DNA of 64,000 bases from Flavobacteriales bacterium (GTDB lineage: Bacteria; Bacteroidota; Bacteroidia; Flavobacteriales_F; PHOS-HE28): contig JBGTIB010000306.1 in the NCBI GenBank assembly GCA_041745875.1, positions 298-64,297 of the forward strand, in the 5' to 3' direction. Made by a program: the position numbers and the translations under genes. Positions 59,437 through 64,000 of this stretch are shown piece after piece (the first letter of the stretch is position 1; the number at the start of each line of letters is the position of its first letter). The notes under the pieces are model-generated. The model was not told the DNA's origin. It made no database searches and worked only from the letters and a program-made list of their open reading frames with translations.

Positions 59437-60981
59437 ATGCAAGCGTTCCACTTCCTTCCCCTCCTTGGCCTGCTGGCAGGCACCACCCTCCACGCCAACA
59501 ACATCCAGGTCACCAACACCACCCTGGTGGACAACACCGGCAGCACCGTGAAGGTGCAGTTCGACATCAGTTGGGAGAACAGCTGGCGCGGCGGCGGCGT
59601 GAACAACTGGGACGCGGCCTGGGTGTTCGTGAAGTACCGGCAGGGGCAGGGCAACTGGCAACATGTTTACGTGAACCTCTCGGGGCATACCGCGCCTGCG
59701 GGCAGCCTTATTGAACCAGGGCTGGTGGATCCGGGTGCAACCCACAATGCGACAAGTAATCCTGTTGTGGGCCTCTTCCTGCACCGCGATGCAGATGGCA
59801 ACGGCACCTTCACCGCCAACGGTGTGCAGTTGCTGTGGGACTACAGTGTGTTTGGTATCGCATTCAATGACATCAGCCAAGTGCAGGTGTTCGCCATTGA
59901 AATGGTGTATGTGAACCAAGGGGCGTTCGCGGCAGGCGGCGGTGGCACGGAAGTCTATGCCTTCACCCTTACCACCATCAGCACCGGCACGGCCAACACG
60001 GCACCCAGCGGCACCGGCAGCTTAGGCGGTCAGGCAGGAGGTTTCCCCACTGGGCAAACGGCACCCACTAGTGCCACCTGGCCCAACGGCTTCAACGCCT
60101 TCTACTGCATGAAGTACGAGGTAACGCAGCAGGGCTACGTGGACTTCCTGAACACCCTGACCTATACCCAGCAAGCAACGCGCACGGCCACGGCCCCCAC
60201 CAGCGCCGCAGGCACCGGGGCCTTGATCAGCACCAATGCCAACCGCAACGGCATTGACATCCAGATACCGGGCGTGAGCCCCAGCACCCCAGCGCAATAT
60301 GCCTGCAACCTGAACGGCAACGGCGTGTATGGCGAAGCCACGGACGGCATGGACGTCGCCTGCAACTATATGAGTTGGGGCGACCTGACGGCCTACTTGG
60401 ATTGGTGCGGCTTGAGGCCCATGACGGAATTGGAGTTCGAAAAGGCCTGCCGCGGACCCCTGTTGCCGGTGGCCAATGAATATCCATGGGGTACCACAAG
60501 CATCGCAGGCAGTGCCTACACACTGGCCAATCCCGGGGCAGCCAACGAGGGCATCGCCACCAACTACAGCAGCACTTTCGGGAATGCGAGCACTACCATC
60601 ACCGATGGCGCCATCGATGGCCCCCTGCGCGTGGGGATCTTTGCGGCCAATGTCAGCAATAGTGGCCGCGTAACGGCCGGTGCCAGCTACTACGGCATCA
60701 TGGAATTGGGCGGTAACCTGTGGGAGCGGCCGGTTACCATCGGCAATCCGAGCGGCCGGGCATTTACCGGCACGCATGGTAACGGGGTTTTGGCCGTAGG
60801 CGGCGATTCGGATGGGGTCACGTGGCCCACGCCTGGCACAGCGGACGGCGCTGGCTCTCGTGGCGGCCACTGGAACGGCGGTCAGCCGAACGCGTACGTT
60901 GCCACCCGCGGCATTGCCACCTTCGCCGTCAGCAGTCGCGACGATGACAATGGTGGCCGAGGTTGTCGCTTGGTGCCATAG
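59437..60981 (+). CDS. secreted FGE-sulfatase-domain protein, paralog 3
   Basis: MQAFHFLPLLGLLAGTTLHA/NNIQV; YCMKYEVTQQGYVDFLNTL; DWCGLRPMTELEFEKACRG; EYPWG; YYGIMELGGNLWER; RGGHW; GGRGCRLVP. Confidence 0.75.
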   Translation: MQAFHFLPLLGLLAGTTLHANNIQVTNTTLVDNTGSTVKVQFDISWENSWRGGGVNNWDAAWVFVKYRQGQGNWQHVYVNLSGHTAPAGSLIEPGLVDPGATHNATSNPVVGLFLHRDADGNGTFTANGVQLLWDYSVFGIAFNDISQVQVFAIEMVYVNQGAFAAGGGGTEVYAFTLTTISTGTANTAPSGTGSLGGQAGGFPTGQTAPTSATWPNGFNAFYCMKYEVTQQGYVDFLNTLTYTQQATRTATAPTSAAGTGALISTNANRNGIDIQIPGVSPSTPAQYACNLNGNGVYGEATDGMDVACNYMSWGDLTAYLDWCGLRPMTELEFEKACRGPLLPVANEYPWGTTSIAGSAYTLANPGAANEGIATNYSSTFGNASTTITDGAIDGPLRVGIFAANVSNSGRVTAGASYYGIMELGGNLWERPVTIGNPSGRAFTGTHGNGVLAVGGDSDGVTWPTPGTADGAGSRGGHWNGGQPNAYVATRGIATFAVSSRDDDNGGRGCRLVP

Positions 60982-61117
60982 CCGGGGTTTTCAAGCCCTA
61001 ACACAGGGGTATGGGGCCTAGCCCCATAGAAGATTAAGAAGACCAGTTAGCACCGAGATCACCACTCTGGCAACTGATCGCACCGGAACAGCAGCCCAGC
61101 AACACAAGAATAGACCG

Positions 61118-62698
61118 ATGAGCCCGAACAACGAACAAACCCCCTGCATCCTCCTTGCCGTGGTCCTGCTTTTGGTGGCGCAGAGCACGCGGGCCAACAA
61201 CATCCAGGTCACCAACATCACCCTGCAGGACAACACCGGCAGCTCCGTGATGCTGCACTTCGACCTGAGCTGGGAGAATAGCTGGCGAGGTGGTCCGGTA
61301 GCGAATTGGGATGCGGCATGGCTCTTCGCAAAGGTGAAGTTGAGCAGCGGCGAGTGGCAGCACATCCAGCTGGCGAACAGTGGGCCCGAAGCGCCCGCCG
61401 GCACGCAGATCGAATTGGGGCTGGTGCTTCCAGCAAGTGTTTACAACAGCAGCAGCAATCCGGTGGTGGGTGTGTTCCTGTACCGCAACACCAATGGCTA
61501 CGGGAACCTCGATGCCACCGATGTGCAACTTCTTTGGAACTACCAGGACCAGGGCATTGCGGTTCCGGTACAGGTGGCCGAAGTGCGCGTGTACGCCATC
61601 GAAATGGTGTACGTGAACGAAGGCGCGTTCATGGCAGGTGGTGGTGGTTTGGGCAGCGTGTACACCTACCCCACCACAAGCGTTCCTTATTCCGTGACGA
61701 GCGAGGCCGCGATCAACGTGGGCACCACGGCGGGCCAGCTGTACTACGCGGAAGGCTCCGGACAATCGGGCGATCGTGGTGGTCCCATTCCGGCCAACTA
61801 CCCCAAGGGCTTCAAGGCCTTCTATGCCATGAAGTACGAAGTGAGCCAGCAGGGTTATGCTGACTTTCTGAACACCTTGACCTTTGCCCAACAGCTCACA
61901 CGCACCGCCACCGCACCCAGCTCAGTGGCGGGCACCGGTGCGCTCTCCAGCAGCAATGCCGATCGCAACGGCATCGACATCAGCACGCCCGGCGTGGATC
62001 CCGGAACAGCGGCCGTGTATGCCTGCAACCTGAATGGCAACAGCGTGTACGGCGAAGCCGATGACGGCAAGGACATCGCGTGCAACCACCTGAGCATTTC
62101 GGACCTGTGGGCCTACCTGGACTGGAGCGGTTTGCGGCCCATGAGCGAACTGGAATTCGAGAAGGCCTGTCGCGGACCGAGCACTCCTGTGGCGAACGAG
62201 TACCCCTGGGGTGCCGGCATCGCACTGACGGGCTACACGCTCGCGGATGCAGGCACCACCAACGAAGGCATCGCCACGGCATACAGCCCCATCAACGGCA
62301 ATGCGGTCTGGCAGAACACCTCGGTGAACTTCGATGGGCCTGTGCGTGTGGGTGCCTTCGCCGCGAATGCGGGGAATACCGGCCGTGCATCGTCCGGTGC
62401 CAGCTATTACGGCATCATGGAACTGGGTGGCAATGTCAACGAGCGGGCGATCACACTAGGGCATCCCGGCGGTCGCAGTTACAGCGGGAACGGCCATGGC
62501 GACGGCATGTTGGCGGTCGATGGCACCGCCGATCCCGACACCTGGACCACCGCGATCACGGCCACCGGTTTCCGGGGTGGCGGCTGGAACGACTTCGCCG
62601 CCGGTCGCTTACAAACTTCCGACCGTGGCCTCGTGAACTGGGTCCGCCTGGATCGCTATGTCGACAGCGGCGGACGTGGCGTACGCACCGCACCTTGA
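61118..62698 (+). CDS. secreted FGE-sulfatase-domain protein, paralog 4
   Basis: Signal peptide ..VAQSTRA/NNIQV; YAMKYEVSQQGYADFLNTL; DWSGLRPMSELEFEKACRG; EYPWG; YYGIMELGGNVNER; RGGGW; GGRGVRTAP. Confidence 0.75.
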   Translation: MSPNNEQTPCILLAVVLLLVAQSTRANNIQVTNITLQDNTGSSVMLHFDLSWENSWRGGPVANWDAAWLFAKVKLSSGEWQHIQLANSGPEAPAGTQIELGLVLPASVYNSSSNPVVGVFLYRNTNGYGNLDATDVQLLWNYQDQGIAVPVQVAEVRVYAIEMVYVNEGAFMAGGGGLGSVYTYPTTSVPYSVTSEAAINVGTTAGQLYYAEGSGQSGDRGGPIPANYPKGFKAFYAMKYEVSQQGYADFLNTLTFAQQLTRTATAPSSVAGTGALSSSNADRNGIDISTPGVDPGTAAVYACNLNGNSVYGEADDGKDIACNHLSISDLWAYLDWSGLRPMSELEFEKACRGPSTPVANEYPWGAGIALTGYTLADAGTTNEGIATAYSPINGNAVWQNTSVNFDGPVRVGAFAANAGNTGRASSGASYYGIMELGGNVNERAITLGHPGGRSYSGNGHGDGMLAVDGTADPDTWTTAITATGFRGGGWNDFAAGRLQTSDRGLVNWVRLDRYVDSGGRGVRTAP

Positions 62699-62711
62699 TC
62701 CCTGCAGAGCC

Positions 62712-64000
62712 ATGAGCTACACAACACAGCGCGGTGCTCGCCTCATGAAGGCCCCACACTCCATCATCTGGTTGTTGCTGACCGTCCTTGCTACGGCGAA
62801 TGCGATGGCGCAGACGAACCCGACACCACAGAACATTCCCTACACGCAGGACTTCAGTGCCCTGGCACATAACAGCACTACGCTACCTGCGGGTTGGCAA
62901 GGGTGGCGCATCGGCGCTGCTGCTTCCACCAGCTACCAGGTGGTGCCCGCCACGGCCGACCTTCCGTTGATCGCATCGAGTACAGCGGCCACCACAACGG
63001 GCGGCATCCACAACTACGCCGGGAAGATCGGCTTCCTCAATTCAGGAACGGTGAACGCCGCAGTGGTTCTGGCGCTGAATACGCGTGCACGTACCAACAT
63101 CGAGGTCGCATTCGAACTGATGACCATCAGGAACCCTTATTCGGCCTTTCCTCCGAACCTGGGGTTCAGTGAAGCGGTGATGCAATACCGCATCGGCACA
63201 AGCGGCAATTTCACCACCCTGCCCGACACGGAATATCAGAGCAATTCCACCAACCAGACCGCTCCGGTCACCACGCCGCAGAACAGCCAGTCCTACAGCA
63301 TCACACTTCCTGCGGCATGCGAAGATCAGCCCGTAGTGCAACTCCGCTGGGTGGCGCGCGATGTGATAGCGGCCAGTTCCAGACCGAGCTTCGCTGTGGA
63401 CAACATCAGCGTCACCGGTACGTGCATTCCGGCCAGCGCAGAGATCAGTTATGCTGGCTCACCCTACTGCAGCGATGTCGGGATCGCGGATCCAACACTG
63501 ATCGGGACAAGTGGCGGGGTCTACACCGCAAGTGGAATGACCATCGATGCAGCCACCGGTACGATCACTTTGAACGGTAGCAGTTCCGGGAACGTGACCT
63601 ACACCATTGTTGCGGAGAACGGGTGCACGGGTGCTGAAGCCACTGCAGATGTGGTCATCAGTCAGGCCGCTTCGGCGGATGCCGGTGGAGCCTATACCTC
63701 GGTGGAGGCCGCGACAACTGCGATCTCCGCCATCGCCAACGGACCGGGCAGTTGGAGCGGCGGCCAGGGCACCTTCGCAGATGCGGGTACCCCCAGCACC
63801 ACTTACACGCCGATCCCGGCGGAATTGGGCTACACCGTGGTGCTCACCTGGACCACCGACGATCCCGATGGCGCCGGGCCGTGTTCCGCAGCGAGCGATG
63901 ATGCGTTGATGCACGTGGATTTCCTCGTCTACACACCCATGTTCTCCGGAGGAATTGGTCGGGGCGATGCCAGCACGGCCTACGAAGCACCACCGATCAC
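62712..64000 (+). CDS. secreted surface protein, 5' partial view (runs off the window end; not in the ORF track)
   Basis: My manual translation of this frame from the ATG at 62712 (alternative ATG at 62745, MKAPHSIIWLLLTVLATANAMAQ signal peptide) shows no stop to 64000. The N-terminal domain ends ...VQLRWVARDVIAASSRPSFAVDNISVTG. Confidence 0.65.
   Translation, partial: MSYTTQRGARLMKAPHSIIWLLLTVLATANAMAQTNPTPQNIPYTQDFSALAHNSTTLPAGWQGWRIGAAASTSYQVVPATADLPLIASSTAATTTGGIHNYAGKIGFLNSGTVNAAVVLALNTRARTNIEVAFELMTIRNPYSAFPPNLGFSEAVMQYRIGTSGNFTTLPDTEYQSNSTNQTAPVTTPQNSQSYSITLPAACEDQPVVQLRWVARDVIAASSRPSFAVDNISVTGTCIPASAEISYAGSPYCSDVGIADPTLIGTSGGVYTASGMTIDAATGTITLNGSSSGNVTYTIVAENGCTGAEATADVVISQAASADAGGAYTSVEAATTAISAIANGPGSWSGGQGTFADAGTPSTTYTPIPAELGYTVVLTWTTDDPDGAGPCSAASDDALMHVDFLVYTPMFSGGIGRGDASTAYEAPPI

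Noticed and set aside
56297-62698. Diversity-generating retroelement (DGR) targeting the C-type-lectin-fold paralogs
   Set aside because: DGR variable regions sit at the C-terminus of this fold and need a nearby template repeat and reverse transcriptase. I found no RT gene. The only near-identical DNA shared by the paralogs is at the 5' end, and there is no adenine-specific mismatch pattern. It cannot be excluded if the RT and template repeat lie outside the window.
1-64000. tRNA, rRNA, riboswitch or other structured RNA genes in the larger intergenic regions (601-1207, 3629-4150, 4835-5106, 24147-24460, 43551-43897, 54832-55119)
   Set aside because: No cloverleaf-like arrangement, rRNA-like conserved blocks or riboswitch cores were recognised by eye. 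This is a weak negative and should be confirmed with tRNAscan-SE and Infernal.

Overview
GC-rich chromosomal segment that looks like Bacteroidota: several proteins end in T9SS-type C-terminal sorting domains, the efflux genes run OMF-MFP-RND, the kinases are TPR/HisKA_3 type, and no obvious Shine-Dalgarno sequences are seen. I recognised no rRNA, tRNA, CRISPR array, transposase, integrase or phage structural module. Layout: (i) 1-16.6 kb holds small regulatory and metabolic genes: a membrane-anchored OmpR-type regulator, two TonB-C-like proteins, two SAM methyltransferases, a Crp/Fnr regulator, a CDGSH + glutamate-synthase-like fusion, a dioxygenase-like lipoprotein, an alpha/beta hydrolase, two T9SS-sorted beta-propeller-like proteins and RidA. 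Their intergenic spaces carry a ~95-bp nested-palindrome REP/MITE-like family, plus one 412-bp MITE with terminal inverted repeats, a target-site duplication and an in-window empty site. (ii) 16.6-24.2 kb is a minus-strand TetR / TolC / MFP / RND efflux operon with three 78-bp tandem hairpin repeats between the adaptor and pump genes. (iii) 24.4-29.1 kb holds two paralogous TPR sensor kinases plus a LuxR-type response regulator. (iv) 29.2-64 kb is a ~35-kb, all-plus-strand cell-surface island and the most interesting part. It contains a beta-barrel OMP + 2330-aa giant secreted protein + multi-Fn3 protein operon. It also contains five paralogous 'tail-fibre' proteins with the phage endosialidase-type C-terminal intramolecular-chaperone (S74) domain, one with collagen GXY tracts, bracketed by T9SS-sorted proteins. 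The island further holds a duplicated AraC-family regulator, four tandem secreted FGE-sulfatase / C-type-lectin-fold paralogs sharing an unrecognised N-terminal module, and an ORF that runs off the right edge and is absent from the ORF track. A ~45-bp bipartite motif was found five times, only upstream of the fibre operon, the lone fibre gene, both AraC genes and the FGE-like array, which suggests one regulon. All functional names come from motif recognition by eye; no database search was run. Several starts were moved downstream of the ORF-track start, which also uses GTG/TTG, to the Met preceding a signal peptide.
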